From the NCBI GenBank assembly GCA_949076555.1, contig CARUOB010000007.1, forward strand, positions 3,882 through 67,881: a stretch of 64,000 bases of DNA. Direction: 5' to 3'. Position 1 is the stretch's first letter. Each line of letters opens with the position of its first letter. Of this stretch, positions 18,339 to 26,944 are shown in pieces. A model generated the notes under the pieces. The model worked only from the letters and a program-made list of their open reading frames with translations. It was not told where the DNA came from and made no database searches. The DNA is from an uncultured Lachnospiraceae bacterium. GTDB lineage: Bacteria > Bacillota > Clostridia > Lachnospirales > Lachnospiraceae. The position numbers were made by a program, and so were the translations under genes.

Positions 18339-20257
18339 TTTTCTCTCTCCACCGGAATCACCTGATACACGCCATAGCGATCCCCTATCCTGTCATATTC
18401 CTCCACATATACGTCCAGCCCCTTTTCCGCATAGGGCGCCTCGAGCCACGCAAGTCCCCGCAGACGCACTTCCTCATCCGACATGATAAACGCTGCCTTC
18501 CCTGTCAAAAGCGCATCCGCCGCTTCCTCTATCCCAAAAGCCGCAAGTTTTTTCCGGTACAACTGGCTCTTGCACATCCATCCCCCGGCAATGTCATAGT
18601 TTGCAAGCGCATGTTCCCTATATGCCAAGAGCTTTCCCGAAAAGGCCACGGTCGAATAGACATCCTCCAAATAGAACGTGTCCGGGTGCGCCCTGCAGTA
18701 CGCGTCTATGGCCTCCCAATCTCTGTTGGTCTCCTGCCGCCTCGCCTGATCGGCCTGTACTGCCGGAAACCCTTTCCACAATCCCCACAGGCAAAGGACA
18801 AGTAACACTGCCCCCGCGCCGAAAAAAAGCGTTCGCCCTGCTTTCTCCGGTGCCTTTTCCGCAGAGCGCATCCCCCGCCGCAAATGCCACAAAAACATCC
18901 CCGCCAGCAGGCAAAACTCCACCAGATAAAGGGGATGGGTTATCCGCTCAGGGTCCCGCCCCCTGATCAGAACAAACATCCACAAGCTGCTTCTCACCAG
19001 AAAAATCAGAGCAAGCTGCAGCGCAGCGGCAAACAAATCTACCATATCCCGCCGCAATAAAATAACTATCGCTATTATATTTATCCCATACCCGAAAAAC
19101 ACCAGCAGATTATAGGGCGCGTCACCACCGTGAACACTTCTGTAACGGTACAGCAAAAGTTTTTCCCTAAAAACCGCTCCCCAGTCTCTCTCTGCGCCCA
19201 CATGCTCCTTCGCATAGGCCGCCACGTCCGAAAGCATCTGTGCGTCGATGCGCTCGTCAAGACCGAAATTGTAGTTTTCCAGCAGAATTTGCGAGCCAGT
19301 TGAAACGCCAAGCGCCTCTAAGTCCGCATCGAACCGCTCCTCCGTCAACACTTGGGGATAAAAATCATAAATCGTCGTCCTATCGTTGAAAAACTGCCTG
19401 AACTCCCGCCACTCTCCGCCGTAGGCAAGACTGTCCGCCCCTATGAAAACCCCCATCCCTGCAAGGAGAAGCAGGAACAGGCCACCATATTTTTGCAGAT
19501 TTTTTTTCTCAAAAACAGGTCTGTCCGCCCACCAGCAAAAAAGCCCCGCAAGCCCCAGAAACGGCAGTGTAAGAAGCGCCATCTCCGATCGCAGCTGAAG
19601 GGCAAGCAGGAAGAGAAACAAAGCAGGCAGACTTCCTTTCAGAAATGCTTTCACAGACAAGGCGCCATCCGCCCTCCCGAAAAGCGCGCCTCCCGGCATG
19701 GTCAGGAACAGAAAGACAGCCGCGCCCACAAGCATACCACATGTTATTGTATACTGAACATTCACCATGTGAGGCAGCCATATCCCCCACTGGAATATGA
19801 CCAGCATGAAGAGGCAGAACATCTTCCCCGCAATACACCGCACACCCGCGCCGTTTCCTGTGGCACCCCGTGCGCTGTCTCCTGCCATATCTCCCGCTAT
19901 GTCAATGCCCATCCGCTCCCGCTTCTTTACACATAGCGCATCGGCAAGCGTACACAGTCTGACGCCGGCCAAAAAGAAACAGCCGAACTGACACAGGAAC
20001 AAAAACGCCCCGTACCACGGAAAAGAGCCATGCATCCGATAGCAAAGCGCAAGCAAAACGCCAAGCGGATAGAGCGTCTGCATGTTGTGGCCGTCCGGAG
20101 CGCCGCTGTAAACTCCCGACATAATATCCCGCATCATGGTATCGTCGTTCATGTCGAAGTAAAAGTCAAAGAAAAGTCCCATCAGAAGCGCACCAGCTCC
20201 TATGGCCGCAAGCGTCAGTATGCAGTTTTCGCGTCCTCCCGTCTTTCTCTGTTCCAT
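18335..20257 (-). CDS. Multi-pass membrane protein, probable GT-C glycosyltransferase
   Basis: MNDD acidic motif after TM1, 12 or more hydrophobic segments, extracellular C-terminal domain. Start is uncertain. Confidence 0.6.
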   Translation of the reverse strand: MEQRKTGGRENCILTLAAIGAGALLMGLFFDFYFDMNDDTMMRDIMSGVYSGAPDGHNMQTLYPLGVLLALCYRMHGSFPWYGAFLFLCQFGCFFLAGVRLCTLADALCVKKRERMGIDIAGDMAGDSARGATGNGAGVRCIAGKMFCLFMLVIFQWGIWLPHMVNVQYTITCGMLVGAAVFLFLTMPGGALFGRADGALSVKAFLKGSLPALFLFLLALQLRSEMALLTLPFLGLAGLFCWWADRPVFEKKNLQKYGGLFLLLLAGMGVFIGADSLAYGGEWREFRQFFNDRTTIYDFYPQVLTEERFDADLEALGVSTGSQILLENYNFGLDERIDAQMLSDVAAYAKEHVGAERDWGAVFREKLLLYRYRSVHGGDAPYNLLVFFGYGINIIAIVILLRRDMVDLFAAALQLALIFLVRSSLWMFVLIRGRDPERITHPLYLVEFCLLAGMFLWHLRRGMRSAEKAPEKAGRTLFFGAGAVLLVLCLWGLWKGFPAVQADQARRQETNRDWEAIDAYCRAHPDTFYLEDVYSTVAFSGKLLAYREHALANYDIAGGWMCKSQLYRKKLAAFGIEEAADALLTGKAAFIMSDEEVRLRGLAWLEAPYAEKGLDVYVEEYDRIGDRYGVYQVIPVEREK

Positions 20258-20338
20258 CAACCACATACTCCAAACCGTTCCAAACTTCTGTCGGTTCTCT
20301 GGCAGGCTTACCACAAGCCGCCAGCTTTTACCGGTTCA

Positions 20339-21472
20339 TCAGTTTATCTCGTAAAACGCTTTCACCTGCTTTGCAATATATGTCGTCTCATCCGCCGTCA
20401 GCTTGTAGAACAGCGGCAAACGCAAGAGTCTCTCGCTCTCCTTCGTCGTGTACTTGTCCTCTCCATGGAACCGGCCAAACTTAATGCCTGCAGGCGCAGA
20501 GTGCAGCGGTACATAGTGGGAAGTGGGATAAATCCCTCTTTCCTTCAAAAACCCATCCAGCCTTGTCCGCTCCTCCAAATCTTTCGTCTTTATATAGAAC
20601 ATATGTCCATTATGCGCGCAATACGCCGGAATATACGGCAGCTCGATCCTGCCTGTCTCCGCAAGCGGCGTAAGCAGTTCCCAATACTGGTTCCATCTTT
20701 CCATTCTGGCCTGCGTAATCTCCTCCGCCAGTTCCAGCTGCGCATACAGATAGGCCGCGTTCATGTCGCTTGGCAGATACGAGGAACCCTGATTCTGCCA
20801 GCGGTATTTATCCACCTGCCCTCTGAAATACTTACTTCTGTCCGTGCCCTTTTCTCTGTAAATTTCCGCATCCTCAATATATTTTTCATCGCGGATCAGC
20901 AAGGCGCCGCCCTCTCCCATACTGAGGTTTTTCGTCTCGTGGAAACTGAAACATCCAAACTCGCCAAAAGTGCCAAGCGGTTTCCCTTTATAGGAGGCCA
21001 TAATGCCCTGCGCGGCGTCCTCCACCACCATGAGGCGGTGTCTTTTTGCAATGTCCATAATGGAGTCCATCTCACACCCCACGCCCGCGTAATGCACCGG
21101 CGCAATCACTTTCGTGCGCTCCGTGATGGCATCCTCTATCAATTTTTCGTCTATGTTCATGGTGTCCGGCCGGATATCCACAAACACCGCTTTCGCGCCC
21201 CGCAGCACAAACGCGTCCGCTGTGGACACAAAAGTGTAGGAGGGCAGGATCACCTCGTCCCCCGGCTTGATATCCGCCAAAAGTGCCGCCAGCTCCGTGG
21301 CGTGGGTACAGGAAGTGGTGAGCAGGCACTTGGCCGTGCCGGTCTGCGCCTCGATCCACTCGCTGCATTTTTTCGTAAAGGGGCCGTCGCCGCAAATCTT
21401 CTGATTTTCTACGGCCTCCTTCATGTATTCAAATTCTTTTCCCGTAAAAGGTGGGACATTAAAATTAATCAT
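20339..21472 (-). CDS. rffA: dTDP-4-amino-4,6-dideoxygalactose transaminase (WecE/RffA)
   Basis: GDGPFTKKC, LLTTSCTHATE, PSYTFVSTA, SFHETKN, GEGGAL, EKGTDRS.YFRGQVDKY.W...GSSYLPS. Confidence 0.92.
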   Translation of the reverse strand: MINFNVPPFTGKEFEYMKEAVENQKICGDGPFTKKCSEWIEAQTGTAKCLLTTSCTHATELAALLADIKPGDEVILPSYTFVSTADAFVLRGAKAVFVDIRPDTMNIDEKLIEDAITERTKVIAPVHYAGVGCEMDSIMDIAKRHRLMVVEDAAQGIMASYKGKPLGTFGEFGCFSFHETKNLSMGEGGALLIRDEKYIEDAEIYREKGTDRSKYFRGQVDKYRWQNQGSSYLPSDMNAAYLYAQLELAEEITQARMERWNQYWELLTPLAETGRIELPYIPAYCAHNGHMFYIKTKDLEERTRLDGFLKERGIYPTSHYVPLHSAPAGIKFGRFHGEDKYTTKESERLLRLPLFYKLTADETTYIAKQVKAFYEIN

Positions 21473-21500
21473 GGTTTTCTCGCTTTCTCTTTCGCTCAGC

Positions 21501-21550
21501 CCTGCAATCTGTCAAAATTGAATGCAAGCATTCATTTTGCCTTCTTGCGG
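21501..21550. repeat. Structured repeat, family 2, partial copy (CAAG-loop arm only)
   Basis: CTGTCAAAATTGAATGC-AA-GCATTCATTTTGCC resembles CTGCCAAATTCATGC-AA-GCATGATTTGTC (about 9566) and CTGTCAAGTTCGTGC-AA-GCCCGATTTGCC (about 43934). Confidence 0.65.
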
Positions 21551-21578
21551 AGTGGCACTGCTCATTGCCATCACGCAT

Positions 21579-21589
21579 AGTATACCACA
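21579..21589 (-). promoter_or_regulatory. Extended -10 promoter element upstream of rffA
   Basis: TGTGGTATACT; the identical 11-mer also precedes genes at 23030 and 28794. Confidence 0.55.
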
Positions 21590-21604
21590 CTGTGCGTTAA
21601 ATTC

Positions 21605-22984
21605 CTACTCTGACAAAATCAGGTCGTCCCGGCTGTCGGCCAGTTCTTGCAGGCGGGGGCTGAATCCGCTCATGGAAAAGATACAGTACAGTTCTTTCCT
21701 GTTGTCCTTGTGCCACGGCACCCGCCGGGCTTTTTCCTGAAGTCGGTAAAACACATCCACCTCTACCTGCCCGCTCCAATATTTACATTCCCCGAACAGG
21801 ATAACGCCCTCTTCCTCGTTTAGCGCCACAACATCGATCTCCGTATTTTTGTCCCAATACCGCCCGATCTTCGAAAAATGACAGGGCAGGTCATTTCTCA
21901 CCGCCAGCTCTTCTCGGCAGATATCCTCGTAGACGAAAGCTGCGTGGCTTCGCACAAAACTTTTCCTTATCTTTTCCATAACATATGTTGTGTTTCCCTG
22001 CTCGATATCCCCCTGATTGGAATAAATCATGGTGAACCAGAATCGGATATAGTAATCTGTAATCCGGTAGAGACCCTTTTTGCTCTTTTCCGGATTTTCC
22101 TCCGTAACCGGCACCTCCCGCTGTACCAGGTCAAGCTCTATGAGAGTTTTCAGCGTTCTGGTCAGATCGGTGGCTTTTGCTTCCATAAAAGAGGCGATTT
22201 CCGACAGCTTCGTCCTCCCGAACGCAATGGCGCGCAGAACGGAAAAATAGCCGCCCACCTCCGCCACTTCCTGCTGCAACAGAAAATGTGGCTCCTCATA
22301 CAGATAACCCGTGCGGTTTAGTATGTTTTCCTCAATGCCCGCAAAAATATCCGAACAATCCGAGAAAGACTCGATATATTTGGGAACGCCGCCTGTCACC
22401 GCAAAGCGCTCGATCCGCTCTTTTCTGGACAAACCCGGAACAAATTTGCAGTAGTACCGAAACGGTATCTGCTTGAGACGAATCTGCGCCGTCCGCCTCC
22501 CATACAGCGGACTGTTGTAGGAAAGCGTCTGGGATACCATCATGGAAATGAGAGAGCCACACAGAATCACCATGACAGAACTTTTCATCAAAATCTCGTC
22601 CCATATCCTCTGAAAGACAGAAGGAAACGCCGGGTTTGCCTTTCCCAGATATTGAAACTCGTCTATAATCAAAACCGGCTTCGCCTCCCAGTGGCAGGAG
22701 ACAATCGCCTTAAAAATGGTATCCCACCTGTCTGCGGACATCTCCGCCAGAAGGTCGCTATCGATAAAAGCCGCCGCCTTCTCCTGAAACGCGCTTCGGT
22801 TAAGCGCCTCCGCTTCCTGCGTAGCCAGAAAGTACAACGCCTTTTTTCTTTTCATAAATTCCGAGAGCAGCGTCGTCTTCCCCACCCGCCTCCGGCCGTA
22901 TACAATGACCAGCGAAGCGCCTTTTTTTTCATATTCTTTTTCAAGCGTGCCGATCTCCAGCTCGCGGTCTACAAATTGTTCCAT
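21605..22984 (-). CDS. AAA-type (archaeal ATPase family) protein with wHTH and C-terminal DUF234 / PD-(D/E)xK nuclease-like domain
   Basis: FVDRELE, YGRRRVGKT Walker A, IIDEFQY Walker B, SPLYGRRT, TGGVPKY, EIDVVA...GECKY. Start moved to MEQFVDRE (GGAGGG SD). Confidence 0.88.
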   Translation of the reverse strand: MEQFVDRELEIGTLEKEYEKKGASLVIVYGRRRVGKTTLLSEFMKRKKALYFLATQEAEALNRSAFQEKAAAFIDSDLLAEMSADRWDTIFKAIVSCHWEAKPVLIIDEFQYLGKANPAFPSVFQRIWDEILMKSSVMVILCGSLISMMVSQTLSYNSPLYGRRTAQIRLKQIPFRYYCKFVPGLSRKERIERFAVTGGVPKYIESFSDCSDIFAGIEENILNRTGYLYEEPHFLLQQEVAEVGGYFSVLRAIAFGRTKLSEIASFMEAKATDLTRTLKTLIELDLVQREVPVTEENPEKSKKGLYRITDYYIRFWFTMIYSNQGDIEQGNTTYVMEKIRKSFVRSHAAFVYEDICREELAVRNDLPCHFSKIGRYWDKNTEIDVVALNEEEGVILFGECKYWSGQVEVDVFYRLQEKARRVPWHKDNRKELYCIFSMSGFSPRLQELADSRDDLILSE

Positions 22985-23029
22985 ATACCCTCCGGACTGT
23001 CTGCGCCTTCTGCTATCCCCTATAAAAAG

Positions 23030-23076
23030 AGTATACCACAATTTATATGTTTGTAAACATTATGTTTGAAAACATA
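23030..23076 (-). promoter_or_regulatory. Promoter with tandem palindromic operator-like sites upstream of the ATPase gene
   Basis: Minus strand TTTACA-16 nt-TATACT (TGTG extended). It overlaps two adjacent ATGTTT-NN-AAACAT palindromes at a 15-bp period. Confidence 0.6.
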
Positions 23077-23110
23077 ATATTTCAATTCATAACTTTTTAT
23101 ATCCAACCTA

Positions 23111-25183
23111 TTACTTCATATAAACCACATATCTTGCATTTCCGAACTGCTCTACATAGCCGTGATCTCTGACAAACGCCCCCAGAATCCGCAGTTTTTC
23201 ATCCTCAGCCATCTTTTCCACATCCACGCCGAACCAGTTAATCGCCTCTCCGTCGTCGCTCCAGTAAGCCGCCACCGCCGAGGAGACAACGATCACCGGC
23301 AGTTCCTTCCCCGCCTTATGCTCCGTTTCCAAGGCCGCCAGATCGCGTGTATACTCTGTCATACGGTAGGAATCCAGATCCGGCCAGCCTGTAGAAAGCG
23401 CCGGCGGCATATCCAGCAAATAATGGAGACCGGGCAGCTCGCCGTAGGTAATCGCCTCCCTGCCTGCCAATCCTTCCTCCTTTGCAAAAGCTGACAGCTC
23501 CTCCAAAAGCACGCCGTTTTCCGGATTCGTGTAAACACCCGCCGCTTTTTCCGGCATCTTTACACACCTGTCCCGGGCCTCCCCGTAAATACCGTCCTGA
23601 AACACAAAATTCACGTGGGAACCGACGCTCTGCACCGTCACAAATACGATCAGAATCACGATCGGCGCACGCCAGACAAACGCGTAAACGCCATCCTCCA
23701 CACGCCGTTTCGCAAGTCCGCTCCACGCTGTCCACAGCAGAAAAGGGGCCGCCACAAACAGATTATTGATGATCGGGTACAGATCATTGTTGCTGCCAAG
23801 GGGCGTCAGAAAAATCTGCAAAAACACGAACGCAGCCAGTATCTTCTGCTCCGCACACGCCCTTTTCCCGATCAGACAACACACCGCCGCCGCAATCGTC
23901 ACCAAGAGAAACAGCACCGCAGGATAATACATACAGCCGTTGCCGTACTCATAATACCGGAAATGAAACATCCCTCTGCCCCAGTAAAAACGGAGCAGTA
24001 CAAGCAGAAGCAGCACATACGCCGCCTTTATAATTACGCCCGTTATGTTATATGCCGTCCGGCTTTCTTTGCTGCCATCTCCCTGCGCATCCGTTTTTTC
24101 CCTGCCCTGCTGCCCGCCTCGTTTCTCTGCACCGTAAAGTCTCTCCCGTGTCCAAAACGCAAAGCCTGCCGCCGCGATACATACGCCCGCAAATGCCAGC
24201 CAGTACAGCCCCTTTGCATAATCCCCAAACATCCCCGTCAACATAGACGTGGGTTTATAGTCAACCGCCTGTTCCGTCATGGCAAACATGGTATAAATCA
24301 TATTCGGGTAAGCCGCCGCCCCGTAACGGGCGCAAATCACCGCCAAAAGTCCCCCCAAACCGAGCGCATAGCCCAGCATACACCACCCGGTAACCGAAAA
24401 AAGCGCACTCCAGGGCAACGAGTGCCTCTCCTTCTCCATCTTGGCCCTGCGAACGCCCACACGGTCTGCCTCCGCCGTCATACCGCCCGCCTGACTCCCC
24501 TGTGTCTTCCCGGCTCCCTGCCTGCCGATCAGCCAAACCCCGAACCAGACCGCCAAAATAAAGGCCGCCTGCACCACATTCGGCATCCGCACCGCCACAT
24601 TGACTCCGAGACAGACACCCGCCGCCACAAAACAAAGCCGTCTTCTTTTGTCACACGGCCCTTTCCCGTCTCCGCACGCCAAACACCCATCCGCTCTCAC
24701 ACGCGGCCTGTCCTCAAAGGCCGTTTCTGCCGCATTGCCGCCTGCAAGCCCCCGATAAAGCAGCAAAATCGCCGCCGTCATCAAAAAATACGTCAGATAG
24801 TTGTACAGGATCGTGGACGGGCACCAGCAGAGTCCCAGCGCAAGAAATTCCCCCAAAAATAAAAGTGGCGCAGCTATCCGATTTTTCAGTCCGAAATAAA
24901 CCATGAGCGCCGTCGCCGACTGCACAAGCGTGGTATAACATTTCATGCCAAGAAACGTCCCCCCGAAAGGAAGATGCATAAGGAACCACCCCACCGCATT
25001 CGAGAGAAACGTCGCCACCATCCATGTCCCGTCCATGGAGTCAAAAAACTGAAAATTCGTCAGACTGTAAGTCGAATCCGCCACGTCAATCCCCTGATTG
25101 ACGATCAGAAACGGATAAAACAGGAGAATCGCCGGAAACAGCCAGCTCTCTATGAATTTATGATATTTCCGATACACAGACAC
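23111..25183 (-). CDS. Multi-pass membrane protein, probable GT-C glycosyltransferase
   Basis: QGIDVADSTYSL (GxDxxD) loop after TM1, YNYLT, about 13 TMs, C-terminal soluble domain. Confidence 0.6.
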   Translation of the reverse strand: MSVYRKYHKFIESWLFPAILLFYPFLIVNQGIDVADSTYSLTNFQFFDSMDGTWMVATFLSNAVGWFLMHLPFGGTFLGMKCYTTLVQSATALMVYFGLKNRIAAPLLFLGEFLALGLCWCPSTILYNYLTYFLMTAAILLLYRGLAGGNAAETAFEDRPRVRADGCLACGDGKGPCDKRRRLCFVAAGVCLGVNVAVRMPNVVQAAFILAVWFGVWLIGRQGAGKTQGSQAGGMTAEADRVGVRRAKMEKERHSLPWSALFSVTGWCMLGYALGLGGLLAVICARYGAAAYPNMIYTMFAMTEQAVDYKPTSMLTGMFGDYAKGLYWLAFAGVCIAAAGFAFWTRERLYGAEKRGGQQGREKTDAQGDGSKESRTAYNITGVIIKAAYVLLLLVLLRFYWGRGMFHFRYYEYGNGCMYYPAVLFLLVTIAAAVCCLIGKRACAEQKILAAFVFLQIFLTPLGSNNDLYPIINNLFVAAPFLLWTAWSGLAKRRVEDGVYAFVWRAPIVILIVFVTVQSVGSHVNFVFQDGIYGEARDRCVKMPEKAAGVYTNPENGVLLEELSAFAKEEGLAGREAITYGELPGLHYLLDMPPALSTGWPDLDSYRMTEYTRDLAALETEHKAGKELPVIVVSSAVAAYWSDDGEAINWFGVDVEKMAEDEKLRILGAFVRDHGYVEQFGNARYVVYMK

Positions 25184-25210
25184 AATCCCGTCCTTCCCAA
25201 AATCCCGGTG

Positions 25211-26293
25211 TCATCGCCGCGACACATTCCCAACCGCAGCCGCCACCCGCGCAAACACCCATGCCCGCGCAAAATCCACAGCCGTCCCGATTCCATAAAC
25301 GATAACCACACATAAAATCAAATGCGGCACAAAGAGAAAACTTTTCTTTACGTTCTCCACGCCAAGCCATCTCATCCACTCGTACCGCACCAAAATATGC
25401 TCGTGCAAAAGATACACGCCAAACGTATAAGGCGCCAGCGTTCTCACTGCTTTCTCAAAACGCCCGTCCCTGACACGCATATTTTTAAACACATAAAAGA
25501 GGGAAACCGCACCCGCAAGGCACAGAAGATGATTGTAAGAGTAAAGCATATCCGCATAATAGGCAAACGCATCGCCCCCGTCGACGCTGTGCGCATTGGA
25601 AAAAATAGCCAGCAGCCATATGCACAGACAGGAAATCACATACCCCGCCACCGCACAAGACTGCTTTTCCATCCACCGAATGCCATATTTCCTGATATAG
25701 CCAGCCAGCACGAACAGACACAGAAACCACCCGAAATCATAGCCGTAACGGTCCGTGGCAAGGCGCAGGGGGAGAAGGGTTTTCTCCAGTGAGAAGAATG
25801 CCAGAAGAAACACCAGCACAATCTGCAGCTTACGTCTGTCCATTTTTTCCATACCCGCCGCCAGAAAAGGCGCAAACAGATACATCAACAGATAAGCCGT
25901 CGCAAACCAGTAATGCTCCGTGCCAAACGGGAACGCAAAACCGATCCAGCCATAAAGGCCGAGCTGCGATGCGGACACCACGCCAACCGCCAAAAGAAAA
26001 ACGGGAATCAGCAGGGAATAAAAAAGAACCCGGCAAAACAGTGTCACAATTCGTCCCGGCTTCCATCCCGATTCCGCCAAAAAATACCCGGAGAGCAGCA
26101 CATAACAGTTCACCGCCACAATGCAGAAAGCCTCGACCAGCCATGCGCAGACACCAACCGGATTCTCCCTTGCAGAAAAGGGAAACGGCACCGCAATCCC
26201 GCCCTTCACCAGATAATGAAGCGAGATAATCATAAGCATTGCCAAAATGCGCAGCAGCTCAAAATTAGCCTGTCTCTTACTTCCCGATTTCAT
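25211..26293 (-). CDS. Acyltransferase 3 family (polysaccharide O-acyltransferase)
   Basis: RQANFELLRILAMLMIISLH, VNCYVLLSGYF, YWFATAYLLMY, TFGVYLLHEH. Start moved to MKSGSKR. Confidence 0.9.
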   Translation of the reverse strand: MKSGSKRQANFELLRILAMLMIISLHYLVKGGIAVPFPFSARENPVGVCAWLVEAFCIVAVNCYVLLSGYFLAESGWKPGRIVTLFCRVLFYSLLIPVFLLAVGVVSASQLGLYGWIGFAFPFGTEHYWFATAYLLMYLFAPFLAAGMEKMDRRKLQIVLVFLLAFFSLEKTLLPLRLATDRYGYDFGWFLCLFVLAGYIRKYGIRWMEKQSCAVAGYVISCLCIWLLAIFSNAHSVDGGDAFAYYADMLYSYNHLLCLAGAVSLFYVFKNMRVRDGRFEKAVRTLAPYTFGVYLLHEHILVRYEWMRWLGVENVKKSFLFVPHLILCVVIVYGIGTAVDFARAWVFARVAAAVGNVSRR

Positions 26294-26351
26294 TTCTCTC
26301 TTTTCCGCTTCCTTTCCGCAGCTATACCGTCTGCTTCCGAAAATCTCTCTA

Positions 26352-26792
26352 TCATTCCGCCTTCTTGGAGGCATCCTTAAATATCCAGATTTTACTGAGC
26401 ACATAGTTCGCCAGAATCACAAGCACCTGACAGATCAGTTTGGAAATCTTGTCATTCATGGAACAAAGATCCACCATCACATACATCAGCGCAATCTCCA
26501 GCACTTCCGTGGCCACCCTCGCACCGATAAAAGAGACGAACTCCCTCACGACAGAAGCTCTCTCCTTATTCCCGCTCTTAAACACAAACGTCCGGTTCGT
26601 CCAGTAGGCAAACACCACCGTCAGCACCCATGACAGAACCGTCGCCGCCATATAGTGCATGGCAATGGTATCCGCAAAAAGGAAATACAGAATATAGTTC
26701 AGCACAAAAGCCAGAAATCCGAAGATCAGATAGTTGATTCCCTCTTCATGCTTCTTATACATTCCCCATCCGAAATCCCATAATTTTTTCAT
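26352..26792 (-). CDS. GtrA/GtcA-family polyprenol-P-sugar flippase
   Basis: 146 aa, 4 TMs; YLIFG, FAYWTNRTFVFKS, FIGAR, NYVLSKIWIF. Confidence 0.92.
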   Translation of the reverse strand: MKKLWDFGWGMYKKHEEGINYLIFGFLAFVLNYILYFLFADTIAMHYMAATVLSWVLTVVFAYWTNRTFVFKSGNKERASVVREFVSFIGARVATEVLEIALMYVMVDLCSMNDKISKLICQVLVILANYVLSKIWIFKDASKKAE

Positions 26793-26804
26793 ACGTTTTC
26801 TCCC

Positions 26805-26944
26805 TTATCTCTCGCCGGAAATTTTTCTGGGGATCATTTCCCTCTTAGTCTTCCCACTCCCGTTATCGTTCGCGGGAAATTTTCCTGGGGATAATTTCCC
26901 TCTTTACTCTTTCTCTCGCTCTTATCTCTCGCGGGAAATTTTCC
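26805..26944. repeat. Degenerate tandem repeat with a 58-59 bp period (3 copies of the ABC-gene terminus)
   Basis: TTATCTCTCGCCGGAAATTTTTC at 26805, TTATCGTTCGCGGGAAATTTTC at 26863, TTATCTCTCGCGGGAAATTTTC at 26922. GGGGAT.ATTTCCCTCTT follows the first two. Confidence 0.85.

Noticed and set aside
20030..21580. Long plus-strand ORFs (516 aa here; also 5105..6172, 23615..24862, 47766..48947, 53990..55090 and others)
   Set aside because: They are antisense shadows of well-supported minus-strand genes and have no recognisable motifs.
26805..26944. Mini CRISPR array
   Set aside because: The repeats are degenerate, the spacers resemble each other, one copy is coding sequence, and there are no cas genes.
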